A DNA stretch of 64,000 nucleotides from contig CATNEN010000001.1 in NCBI GenBank assembly GCA_950097015.1, positions 17,918,001-17,982,000 on the forward strand, given 5' to 3'. A program made the translations under genes and the position numbers. Origin of the DNA: Macrostomum hystrix (lineage: Eukaryota; Animalia; Platyhelminthes). The notes under the pieces are model-generated. The model saw only the letters and a list, made by a program, of their open reading frames with translations, did no database searches and was not told where the DNA came from. This document shows, in pieces, positions 35,101 to 42,370 of this stretch (the stretch's first letter is position 1; the number at the start of each line of letters is the position of its first letter).

Positions 35101-37916
35101 CATCAAGAGAAGAAAGAAAACTAATTTGAGCTAGTTTCTTATCGGTTGATCGGTTGAATTATCGAATAATTGTTTTGAACCAATCAGAAGCGTCCTGTTT
35201 TGGTTACAGGCGTGAGGTGGGTGACCAATGTACATTCGATCGCACACACACTCAATAAATTTATTTCAAGACGCTCAGGCCGATCCTTGTGGCAAAGGCT
35301 AGCGGCCAGCCAATTAAAATTGAGCTACTTGTCGCCAAACGCGCCAGGCACCTCGTTCAGGTATTTTGCGATTCGCGCAGTGCAGTTGAAACGTTGCCAT
35401 GAAGAGCTTCTGTGCAACCCTGGAAACGCAAAGTCTACTAACAAATTTAGTCTGGAGTCTGCGTGTTCCCTTTAGCTGCTAACCGAATGAATAGTTTAGT
35501 TTCTTTATATTTTTTTCTGTTGAGCTGTGAAGTAGCGAAGGGTACATTAAACTACTATGTACATTAAGCTACTATGTACATTAAGCTACTATGCACATTA
35601 AGCTACTGTGTACATTAAGCTACTATGTACATTAAGCTACTGTGTACATTAAGCTACTGTGTACATTAAGCTACTTTGTTCATTAAGCTACTATGTACAT
35701 TAAGCTACTGTGTACATTAAGCTACTATGTACATTAAGCTACTATGTACATTAAGCTACTATGTACATTAAGCTACTGTGTACATTAAGCTACTATGTAC
35801 ATTAAGCTACTGTGTACATTAAGCTACTTTGTACATTAAGCTACTATGTACATTAAGCTACTGTGTACATTAAGCTACTATGTACATTAAGCTACTATGT
35901 ACATTAAGCTACTGTGTACATTAAGCTACTATGTACATTAAGCAACTATGTACATTAAGCTACTGTGTACATTAAGCTACTATGTACATTAAGCTACATT
36001 AAGTTCTGTCAGTTTGTGCACAAGTTGTGTTTTAAAAGGAGTTTCTCGTCTTTTTAGCTTGGCATAATGTTTGTTGAATTTAGGAGATAGTTACAAACAA
36101 GCAGTTTGTGCGCAATTTCAAAACGGTGCAATAACATAGATTTACTAACACCAAGAAATTATTAATTTTCTGATTTTACAAACAATTTTTTTCGTTAAAA
36201 TTTATTTTTGTTTTAACGAAAAAGGCCACAGCACAGCGCAATAGTAAGCTTTTTTCATGCTTTTTTTTCAAGCAGTAATGACCTACTTTTTCTACTCGCA
36301 GTAGCTAATTGGCGACTTAAACTATGTATAGAAGGTTCATTACTATGTAGGAAATTGTTTGGAATCAGTGAGATAACAAAAACTCTACGGTTAGATATAA
36401 GACAGAACCCTGTTAGACAGGACAGAACCCTGTTAGGCAGGACAGAATCCTGTTAGACAGGACAGAATGTTGTTAGACAGGACAGAATCCTGTTAGACAG
36501 GACAGAATCCTGTTAGACAGGACAGAATCCTGTTAGGCAGGACAGAATCCTGTTAGACAGGACAGAATCCTGTTAGACAGGACAGAATCCTACTCGGCAG
36601 CTAAAGCCAATTTAATTGACAATAGCAAGATGAAATTCCGCAGGTATTTTCCGCCGCACGAACCGAGCGTTTCAGTGCCGCTCCCAAACGCCCCGTCCGC
36701 AACCGAGCTTGTGAATTTAAGAAGACAGAGAAACTCAGCTGCAGCTGCTGCCGCTGCTGCCGCTGCCGCTGCCGTTGCTGCCTCCGCCAACGCCGATGCC
36801 ACCTCCTCAGCAGGATTATCGACTGCATCAGCTGCGGCCGCTGTTTCAGCACAGGCAGCATCGTCAACACCTGACCTGGATGACTCTGGCTCGAGTGTTC
36901 AGCAGCAGCAGCATCAACATCCCAGGTTTGTGAGGCAGCAGCCGCGAAGCAGTTCAATGCGTGTCCGACTGCAGACAGCGGCCGGTGCAGCCGTGCCTCA
37001 CCAGGCACCGGTGGCTAATTCCATTCCTCTGGCCAGCATACTCAAGAAACCGGGCGGATCTGCTAGTGAGCAGTTTTCTTTGCCAAAACTTTCTGTCATT
37101 TCTTCAAATCGTATTCCTCACTGCAGGAGGGCTGCGGGCAATGGCACTGTCATTTAGTGACAGTAGACACGCAGCCAGCGAGGAGGCAATTCTGCCAATT
37201 CCGCTGACTCCTGAGCACAAGCTCACACAGGTGTGTACATCTGCCCGGACATTTTCATCGCCAGGCAGTGTACACTTTCACTGTGCCTTGAGGTTGGCCT
37301 TCAATTAAGAGCGTGAATCGCACAAGCCTTCACTCCGCGGCTGCGCCCCTACATAAATGTGATGTGGCCTAGCCGCAGAATCGAGCTTAGGGACCTTGGT
37401 TCGAGAGGCAAAGAGAAACTATTGTTATAATGCTACTAATGATTAATTTTGGCAGTTTCATAGAATCAACATCGGTAAATTCGAATTCCAGGTGATTTAT
37501 CGCAGCTGTGCTCATCAGCCAGCCAGTCTCTTCACCGCCAGCAGCAGCGGAGGACCTCTTTGACAACGGACGAGTCGCCCAGTCTGGCTGGCGGGCGGTC
37601 GGACGAGATTCGGCAACTGCGTGGCGAAGTCGGCGACCTCAAGCGGAGCCTGTCTCAGCTGCACAACCGGCTTGAGATGCTCACAGACCTACTCAGAGAG
37701 CGCGTGCCAACGTCTCAGTCCAGAGCTCAAGCTCACGGCAGGACGACAAGGTGGAGTCCGCCGACTCCTCCGCGTCAGCCGGTTGAATCTCCTGGCTCCG
37801 CCGGACGGGTTTCAATCGTCGAAGTTCGGCCGCAAGATTCGCCGATTCTGCAGCGGGAATCGGATGAAGAAGCTGACAATCAGTTCCTGCGTCCTCTGCT
37901 GCCATCGGTGGAGTGA
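4362..37916 (+). CDS. Elk: Elk/Kv12 (KCNH3/4/8-like) EAG-family voltage-gated K+ channel; multi-exon gene span, 5' exon outside window
   Basis: Phase-consistent GT-AG exon chain encoding PAS ([21 protein letters not shown]; [26 protein letters not shown]), the Elk motif [14 protein letters not shown]1-S6, filter [12 protein letters not shown]-linker/CNBHD ([13 protein letters not shown]) and a C-terminal coiled coil. Confidence 0.96.
4651..5457. repeat. ~42-46-bp minisatellite TGACAGGT(GT)nCAGCTGGTTAATGAGGTGTCATWTA
   Basis: About 18 units with a variable internal GT run. Confidence 0.96.
6055..6740. repeat. 10-bp CATCACACTC repeat
   Basis: Tandem units ending about 40 nt before an acceptor. 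Confidence 0.96.
6782..6928 (+). CDS. Elk: Elk exon: PAS/PAC part 2
   Basis: ccacAG|gc ... caca|GTgagt; [31 protein letters not shown]; this frame is absent from the ORF track. Confidence 0.95.
6972..8563. repeat. 16-bp purine-rich repeat GAAGGATGTRCAGGAA
   Basis: About 100 units; source of spurious ORFs. Confidence 0.97.
9150..9880. repeat. 21-bp ATCTACCAATCYATCTGCAAT repeat
   Basis: Tandem units. Confidence 0.95.
10559..10848 (+). CDS. Elk: Elk exon: N-terminal linker (5' boundary uncertain, 10559 or 10568)
   Basis: Acidic tract, then [19 protein letters not shown]; donor aag|GTtcgt (phase 0); several in-phase AG candidates. Confidence 0.85.
10970..11610. repeat. 15-bp CCCAAAATCCCGAAT repeat
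   Basis: Tandem units with degenerate edges. Confidence 0.95.
12171..13294. repeat. 20-bp CAGGAGTGTWTCCTGTTAGA repeat
   Basis: About 55 units. Confidence 0.97.
13502..13754 (+). CDS. Elk: Elk exon: pre-S1, S1, S2
   Basis: aacAG|att ... gccg|GTgagt; [42 protein letters not shown]. Confidence 0.95.
13762..14258. repeat. 23-bp CATACAGATCCCATCAGTGCCT-type repeat
   Basis: Starts about 7 nt after the donor at 13755. Confidence 0.96.
15397..15578 (+). CDS. Elk: Elk exon: S2-S3
   Basis: tttcAG|at ... atg|GTgaga; [36 protein letters not shown]. Confidence 0.95.
17345..17543 (+). CDS. Elk: Elk exon: S4-S5
   Basis: ttccAG|gaa ... atca|GTgagt; [28 protein letters not shown]. Confidence 0.95.
17935..18172. 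repeat. 22-24-bp CCATGGGAATTCCTTCGGGGGAT repeat
   Basis: About 10 units. Confidence 0.94.
19040..19460. repeat. 21-bp CAGTTAAACAGGTAAACCTCC repeat
   Basis: Degenerating tandem units. Confidence 0.9.
19587..19862 (+). CDS. Elk: Elk exon: turret, pore helix, GFG filter, start of S6
   Basis: actcAG|gc ... ggag|GTgagg; [38 protein letters not shown]. Confidence 0.95.
19937..20143 (-). repeat. 3' LTR
   Basis: 207-bp copy preceded on the minus strand by the polypurine tract AGGGGGAGAGA (20144-20154). Confidence 0.97.
20268..24221 (-). CDS. Gag-Pol polyprotein, 1317 aa
   Basis: Two Zn knuckles ([26 protein letters not shown]); protease LVDSGA; RT (KLD..AFHQ, IHDD); RNase H (VDAS, YSQIERE, TDHKPL, ADPLSR); integrase HHCC plus D,D(35)E (SVDVCG, TDNA, NGEVER). 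Confidence 0.97.
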   Translation of the reverse strand: MASQVSIQTPPALDLRTDPSTAQTKWKKWLAQFQLFAVAAGIDDKKRLRQLLLYTAGEDLQAIAAGLTNEAAGKDIDTLVVALNQHFDGKRNLPFTRYQFRLCTQRPGEPIDDWLQRLKDAADCCAFGDLRESLIRDQVIACCSSDQLRRKLLAIDNVDLEQAVRAARAMEAAEAQASVMEANDASVQRLRRQEAGAAAPAARRPTGQPQDKQPNGRQTRCIRCGAPGHRTCSAAEGKTCNRCGKRNHLARACLSRPKEDVHALQADSDSSAAEDGVFCLTVAATGTAAAGAQTSVFVGSTQLPVLVDSGADCNIITEQAWRTLPGPPQLQATRTKIFAFRSPKPLSTLGACSLRVSTGQNSRTVRFIVVPGGGTNILGREASTALRLLSLGPQVHAIEATETEDPAIQAVVRQFPELFRGLGKVKDVSVQINIKSDARPICHPPSRVPVHLREALDRELDEQEQLGIIQPVEGPTPWVSRIVVVPKEDGKSVRITQDLRDVNKAALRERHQIPTFEEATSDMAGSSIFSKLDIFKAFHQIEISEDSRKYFVFSTPRGMRQLTRLSMGFASASEILQRVMQRVLEGLTGVKWIHDDIIVHSRDLKAHKTHVAACLTRLREHGITLNGSKCRWGIGKAKFMAMTLSKFGIQPSQEKIAELQAFKDPQSVKEVRSFLGLANHLEKFMPQLADMAEPLRRLTRKGQEFVWDSEQQQAFQNVKDCISESRTLAFFDKQLPTELVVDASPAGVGAILQQRHPGGQTRPVAYASRTLSEVERRYSQIEREALGVKFGCLKFAFYLEGCPHFDVYTDHKPLLGIYRPDSRPPPRLERIMLQTQHFSFTLHYRKGEDNPADPLSRNPLPETSPGMDVAAETRLLNAVVQAATPKGLTMDRIRAATERDPALTVVMQALATGHWRCGAAAPAHSFRSLKDELSVHDGVVLRGSKIVIPAELQQLTIALAHQGHLGQKKTCDRLQRKVWWPGMTQQVEVVVSRCRPCQAARPDGAVKQPPMQPTPLPPGPWQSLSVDVCGPFPTGENVVVLVDYFSRYPDTYVVRSLTSASIITCAMASFSRFGVPQQITTDNATYFTSEEFKEFLDGLGVQHRRVTPLYPAANGEVERFNRSLNKCVNAAAAEGKDWRRAIHEWLLGYRNSVHRGTGRSPNDLMFNRAVGDLLPAGPAEQLDDAGRQLQRHDRSYKQAMRRATDKRRAAAPHGIAAGARVLLRNRGKAKLRCPFDPRPWLVKAVHGDALTLERGEAVLRRHVTETKPLCECPWEPDEPRDGRPAHPQPATDGGATDGAIAQRPHPRQAKRHICYKE
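24222..24428 (-). repeat. 5' LTR
   Basis: 207 bp; 9-bp terminal inverted repeat TGTAGTGCA/TGCACTACA; TATATAA on minus strand; identical by eye to the other LTR. Confidence 0.97.
24434..24760. repeat. Degenerate ~50-bp repeat interrupted by the LTR element
   Basis: tagagaattga.gtgtt..aattat..ctaattacct recurs; the first unit begins left of the element at about 19910. Confidence 0.7.
24804..25003 (+). CDS. Elk: Elk exon: S6 and C-linker
   Basis: tgccAG|cg ... gag|GTtagt; [26 protein letters not shown]. Confidence 0.95.
25081..25330 (+). CDS. Elk: Elk exon: C-linker/CNBHD part 1
   Basis: atccAG|gta ... ctgg|GTgagc; [39 protein letters not shown]; preceded by a 77-nt intron. Confidence 0.95.
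25388..30460. repeat. 5.1-kb 21-bp minisatellite GGGATCAGATGYTGAAATTTR
   Basis: About 240 units filling almost the whole intron 25331-30528. Confidence 0.98.
30529..30743 (+). CDS. Elk: Elk exon: CNBHD part 2 with intrinsic-ligand strand
   Basis: atccAG|gc ... gag|GTcagc; [29 protein letters not shown]. Confidence 0.95.
30901..30966 (-). pseudogene. tRNA-derived SINE head or tRNA pseudogene
   Basis: Minus strand: A-box tagccttgtggttagagc and B-box ggttcgattcc; anticodon and acceptor stems do not pair. Confidence 0.6.
31170..31672. repeat. 34-bp AAAAGTACAAAGCTTCCTAAAAGTACAGTCTCAT repeat
   Basis: Dimeric unit built on AAAAGTACA. Confidence 0.95.
31836..32182 (+). CDS. Elk: Elk exon: post-CNBHD (LPSIxE motif, Q15 tract)
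   Basis: tctcAG|gag ... caag|GTaggg; phase 0 in, phase 2 out; LPSIGEE resembles the Elk post-CNBHD motif. Confidence 0.85.
32287..32319 (+). CDS. Elk: Candidate 33-nt Elk microexon ([11 protein letters not shown])
   Basis: tttttgcAG|c ... gcag|GTagag; phase 2/2, open frame; no homology support. Confidence 0.45.
32682..34870. repeat. 20-bp AGATCCTGTCTAACAGATTT repeat
   Basis: About 109 units. Confidence 0.98.
35271..35360 (+). CDS. Elk: Candidate 90-nt Elk cassette exon ([30 protein letters not shown])
   Basis: ttatttcaAG|a ... ttcag|GTattt; phase 2/2, open frame, GC-richer than flanks. Confidence 0.55.
35542..36003. repeat. 17-bp GTACATTAAGCTACTRT repeat
   Basis: Tandem units. Confidence 0.96.
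36401..36590. repeat. 20-bp GACAGAATCCTGTTAGACAG repeat
   Basis: About 9 units. Confidence 0.95.
36644..37065 (+). CDS. Elk: Elk exon: low-complexity C-terminal region (poly-Ala)
   Basis: ttccgcAG|g (phase 2) ... gcta|GTgagc (phase 1); open GC-rich frame. Confidence 0.75.
37127..37230 (+). CDS. Elk: Candidate Elk exon ([21 protein letters not shown])
   Basis: Follows a 61-nt pyrimidine-rich intron ending ctcactgcAG; phase 1 in, cag|GTgtgt phase 0 out; joins in frame to acceptor 37506. Confidence 0.55.
37225..37400 (-). mobile_element. Same SINE family, copy B
   Basis: Reverse complement matches copy A body and B-box region (ggtccctaagctcgattctgcgg). Confidence 0.65.
37492..37916 (+). CDS. 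Elk: Elk terminal exon with coiled coil (acceptor 37492 phase 1, or 37506 phase 0)
   Basis: [32 protein letters not shown] heptads typical of the KCNH C-terminal coiled coil; TGA at 37914-37916, then an AT-rich UTR. Confidence 0.85.
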
Positions 37917-38449
37917 CTCGACTGTGTTGAACCATGCCTTCGAGCTGCTGACTTGTAAAAAATGCATGAAAAGTCCAAATAGCTCGTAATAATCGACATT
38001 CTCGGTTACGAAAATGTTTCTCGATGGTAAAATTTTTCTTAGAAACGAACCATTTATAACAAAGATGGGTACAAAATTTTTGGATGCTAAAACGGCTAAC
38101 GACTGTTATCATTTGATCGAAAGATTATAACAAAATCCTTGTTTTGTCACACGAATTTTCTGTTACTGTGCCAGCAATGGAAATTGTCTCAGCGATATAA
38201 TTTCTCGAAGTTAAAAAATTATTTTTAATTTTTTACCCTTAGTAGACCAAAATGTGCTGCGTATCTTCATTCAAATAAGAAGCTTTTCCTGAATCTATTA
38301 ACCACCTATTCAATCACTATGAAGACATTTCTGTACAATCTGCTGATTCCATTCTCATTGACTTTTAGATTTTTTTATTTTGTAAAAAAACACTTGAAAA
38401 TTCCTGTGTGAAAATATCGCTTTTTGCGTAAATCTTCGGTGTGACAACC

Positions 38450-38455
38450 AATAAA
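38450..38455 (+). terminator. Probable Elk polyadenylation signal
   Basis: AATAAA about 530 nt after the stop, with T-rich sequence downstream. Confidence 0.5.
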
Positions 38456-38949
38456 ACAAAATAATAATTTGCAAAACTACTGCTCATAAATCTATCTCGT
38501 TATTTTTATGATCTGTACAGCTGGTTCTTTTGTCCAACTGATCTATTTTTGTTACGACATATTCAAACGAAAAAAAACGGAGAGACAGACGGTGCGCCGA
38601 AAAAGCCAATGCTTGTTTATGACCAGGCAATGAACGACAGTGATTTATTTTGGAATTTGTAGCTATTCAACAACACATTTAGATAGCACGGAACTATAGA
38701 AGGCAGAAAACGAATTGACATTCTATTAAAAAAATTAAGTCACTTTATTTGAAATATGCGACTCAGAAAGAGTAAATCGTTACAATTTTTTCTAGCGATC
38801 GTCAATAATTTCAAAGTTTGACGCTGGATTCAAAGCTATTAAACCGAGGCACTTTTTTACTCGTAGATAAGTAAATTTCAGGGCTAGAATTTAGGGAAGT
38901 TATGATAACTATTTAAGCCTTAATTAGTTGGTAGAAAATCTGAAATTGT

Positions 38950-39222
38950 TGAGTGTACATTTGAGGCCAGGGATCATGATGGGCAGCTGCATGTACATTT
39001 GAGGGCAGGGAATGATGGGCAGCTGAGTGTACATTTGAGGGCAGGGAATGATGGGCAGCTGAATGTACATTTGAGGGCAGGGAATGATGGGCAGCTGAAT
39101 GTACATTTGAGGGCAGGGAATGATGGGCAGCTGAATGTACATTTGAGGGCAGGGAATGATGGGCAGCTGAATGTACATTTGAGGGCAGGGAATGATGAGC
39201 AGCTGAATGTACATTTGAGGGC
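38950..39222. repeat. 36-bp repeat in the tetraspanin 3' UTR
   Basis: GGGCAGCTGAATGTACATTTGAGGGCAGGGAATGAT, about 7 units, starting about 5 nt after the stop. Confidence 0.95.
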
Positions 39223-39227
39223 GCAAT

Positions 39228-39746
39228 CTACGGCATAATGATCCCGCCGCCGGAGCCAGCGCCAAAGCGTCCGTAGGCCGAAGCCGAAGCTGCCACCGCT
39301 GTCGCAGCGGCGATTCGCCGCCGATTCCGTTTGGCGAATACCGCGCCGAGGCCGCACATTTGAAGCGACGCCGCGGCCAGGCACAGCACAGCGTACACCC
39401 GCAGCTCCGTGCTCAGCCACAGTTGAATAGCCGCGGTACAGCCAGTCGGGAAGGGCGTCGGGCACTGATCTCCGGCTGACTCCGGGCAGCAACTGGACGG
39501 CGGCCCAGGCGAGAAGGCCAGCCAGTCCTGGGGCGAATCGACTCCGCAGCATTGCATGACCCGCTGGGTGGTGTCAATCCACTGCCCAACCGGTCCGGTG
39601 CCATTGTCGGCAGCGTAGGCCCTCATGTGGCTCAGGAAATTCTCGCGGGCCTCCTTTTCAACCTGGGCGTACATCACGAAACCGGCGAGGAACCCGGAGA
39701 CCTCCAGGCTCAGCAGCAGCAGGATGGCCAACACCAGAATTAGCGT
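39228..39746 (-). CDS. Tetraspanin exon 2 (TM3, EC2 loop, TM4)
   Basis: cccgcAG|acg; IDTTQRVMQCCGVDSPQDW..PSSCC..C..GC (CCG motif, 6-Cys EC2), TM3 Glu, TM4 Gln, TAG stop. Confidence 0.92.
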   Translation of the reverse strand, partial: TLILVLAILLLLSLEVSGFLAGFVMYAQVEKEARENFLSHMRAYAADNGTGPVGQWIDTTQRVMQCCGVDSPQDWLAFSPGPPSSCCPESAGDQCPTPFPTGCTAAIQLWLSTELRVYAVLCLAAASLQMCGLGAVFAKRNRRRIAAATAVAASASAYGRFGAGSGGGIIMP

Positions 39747-39996
39747 CTGCGGGCAGCCCTCAGCTGATAACATCCGTCCCTCTTCCTGCCCCTTCCCAGC
39801 CATGACATTTTATCCCTAACACTATCCACTTCATATGCCTACCTTTCTTACCTTCTTTTCCCAAAGAATATCCCATTCTCAATTATACTATTATCCCAAT
39901 TCGACTTACTTACTTCTCCATACCTTTCCCCCTTCGTGTCTATAACTTTCTCCCGCTCTTATTCTTACATTTTTATGCTTGTATCCTCACCCTTCG

Positions 39997-40562
39997 TATC
40001 CCTAGCTTTCTCCCCTTTTATCCCTAGCTTTCTCCCATTCTTATCCCTAGCTTTCTCCCATTCTTATCCCTAGCTTTCTCCCATTCTTATCCCTAGCTTT
40101 CTCCCATTCTTATCCCTAGCTTTCTCCCCTTTTATCCCTAGCTTTCTCCCATTCTTATCCCTAGCTTTCTCCCATTCTTATCCCTAGCTTTGTCCCATTC
40201 TTATGCCTAGCTTTCTCACATTCTATCCCTAGCTTTCTCCAATTCTTATCCCTAGCTTTCTCCCATTCTTATCCCTAGCTTTCTCCCATTCTTATCCCTA
40301 GCTTTGTCCCATTCTTATCCCTAGCTTTCTCCCATTCTTATCCCTAGCTTTCTCCCATGCTTATCCCTAGCTTTCTCCCATTCTTATCCCTAGCTTTCTC
40401 CCATTCTTATCCCTAGCTTTCTCCCATTCTTATCCCTAGCTTTGTCCCATTCTTATCCCTAGCTTTCTCCCATTCTTATCCCTAGCTTTCTCCCATTCTT
40501 ATCCCTAGCTTTGTCCCATTCTATCCCTAGCTTTGTCCCATTCTTATCCCTAGCTTTGTCCC
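39997..40562. repeat. 23-bp TCCCTAGCTTTCTCCCATTCTTA repeat in the tetraspanin intron
   Basis: Tandem units reaching to about 14 nt from the donor. Confidence 0.96.
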
Positions 40563-40576
40563 CACCGTTGTCTCAC

Positions 40577-40795
40577 CTGGCAGCCGCCGATGCGCACTCC
40601 GCTCTGGTGGAAGGCGCTGTCCGATGCCACTGCGGTGATGGCGATGGCGGCGGTGATGAGGATCAGCAGGGACATTGGGAAGGTGCAGCCATAGATGTCG
40701 TACAACTGGTCCTTCTGGCCGGTGAAGAAGAAGCCGCAGATGACCAACAGGAAGCCGATCAGAAAGCAGACAAAGTTGTACAGAATGAGGTACAT
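40577..40795 (-). CDS. Tetraspanin exon 1 (TM1-TM2)
   Basis: MYLILYNFVCFLIGFLLVICG..LLILITAAIAITAV; donor cag|GTgaga phase 0; in-frame TAA upstream of the ATG. Confidence 0.8.
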
Positions 40796-41221
40796 GATGA
40801 TTTCCTGTTGCTGATCTGCACTTCTTTAGAAACTTGACAAAGAACAATAGAGTTTTCCTTGCACAATGATTTGGCAGTGAATTAATCCACAAAAATCGTC
40901 CCCTTCTTATCCATTTGCAATCGTTTTTTATTACTCTCGGGAAAATTGACTGTTCTCGTCCCCAAGATCTGTGAGTAGGCTGCCCCGTGAGTGAGTGGGT
41001 GTGAGTACTCGACTGCCCCGCTACTCACGGGGAACCAGTTGCTAGCTGATTAAGGGATCAAGATTCGTACTCAAACTATTGAGTCCTTCTAGCAAGAAAT
41101 GTGTTAAAAATTTATGTCTTATCTTAGTATTTTGGAAGTAGATAGTTCCCAATATGTCTGTGCTCCAGCCGATTGGAACAACTGGAAGGTATAGGATTTA
41201 GCGAAAAAGAGAAATAGAAAA

Positions 41222-41830
41222 AGGGAAGGGGAGAAGACAGGGAAGGGGAGATGACAGGGAAGGGGAGAAGACAGGGAAGGGGAGAAGTGAGGGAGGGGAG
41301 ATGACAGGGAAGGGGAGAAGACAGGGAAGGGGAGAAGACAGGGAAGGGGAGAAGACAGGGAAGGGGAGAAGACAGGGAAGGGGAGAAGACAGGGAAGGGG
41401 AGAAGACAGGGAAGGGGAGAAGACAGGGAAGGGGAGAAGACAGGGAAGGGGAGAAGACAGGGAAGGGGAGAAGACAGGGAAGGGGAGAAGACAGGGAAGG
41501 GGAGAATACAGGGAAGGAGAGAAGTGAGGGAGGGGAGATGACAGGGAAGGGGAGAAGACAGGGAAGGGGAGAAGACAGGGAAGGGGAGAAGACAGGGAAG
41601 GGGAGAAGACAGGGAAGGGGAGAAGACAGGGAAGGGGAGAAGACAGGGAAGGGGAGAATACAGGGAAGGGGAGAAGACAGGGAAGGGGAGAATACAGGGA
41701 AGGGGAGAAGACAGGGAAGGGGAAAAGTGAGGGAGGGGAGAATACAGGGGAGTGGAAAAGTGAGGGAGGGGAGAATACAGGGAAGGGGAGAAGAGAGGAA
41801 ATTGGAAAAGAGAGGAAAGGGGAAGGTAGG
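41222..41830. repeat. 17-bp polypurine GGGAAGGGGAGAAGACA repeat
   Basis: Tandem units. Confidence 0.96.
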
Positions 41831-42189
41831 GGAGTGAGGCAAAGGGGAGTGAGGGAAGAAAATGGTTAGGAAAGCAGCGGGAATTCCTAACCAGGGGAAG
41901 ACAGCGAATAGTTTTGTATCCGAATCATCTAAGGGGAGGATTAGATTCCGGATTTGCACAGCCAGATTTCTGGGGATTACAGATCTGATCTCGCAGGTTT
42001 TGCCTTCAGTCACGGAAATGAGCTGGCATCGCAAATCCTTAAATCTGTTCTCCCATGCAGCAGTTATTTCTTTGTTTTGCAAAACACGCCAGCGTTGCCA
42101 ATAGGATTAGCGATAACAGCTGGTTGCTAGGCGCTGTCACACTGCTGGTTGGACTCCAAGAAGCAATTTCTTTGGTTGGTCCCTTTGTC

Positions 42190-42370
42190 AGCTAGGTCCC
42201 TGAGTTCGATTCCGCGGAGAAGAAGGCTTGGGGGCTTGTCGTGCAATTTACGCCCTTGAGGGCCAACCTCCAAGGCACAGTGAGAGTGTACACTGCCTAA
42301 CGATGAGAAAGTCAGGGCCGATGTACACACCTGTGACACCTGTTACCCAGTTGTAAATGAATACTAGGTT
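42190..42370 (+). mobile_element. tRNA-derived SINE, copy A
   Basis: B-box GAGTTCGATTCC, then a body (gcccttgagggccaacctccaaggcacagtgagagtgtacactgcc..acccagttgtaaatgaatact) shared with two other loci. Confidence 0.65.
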
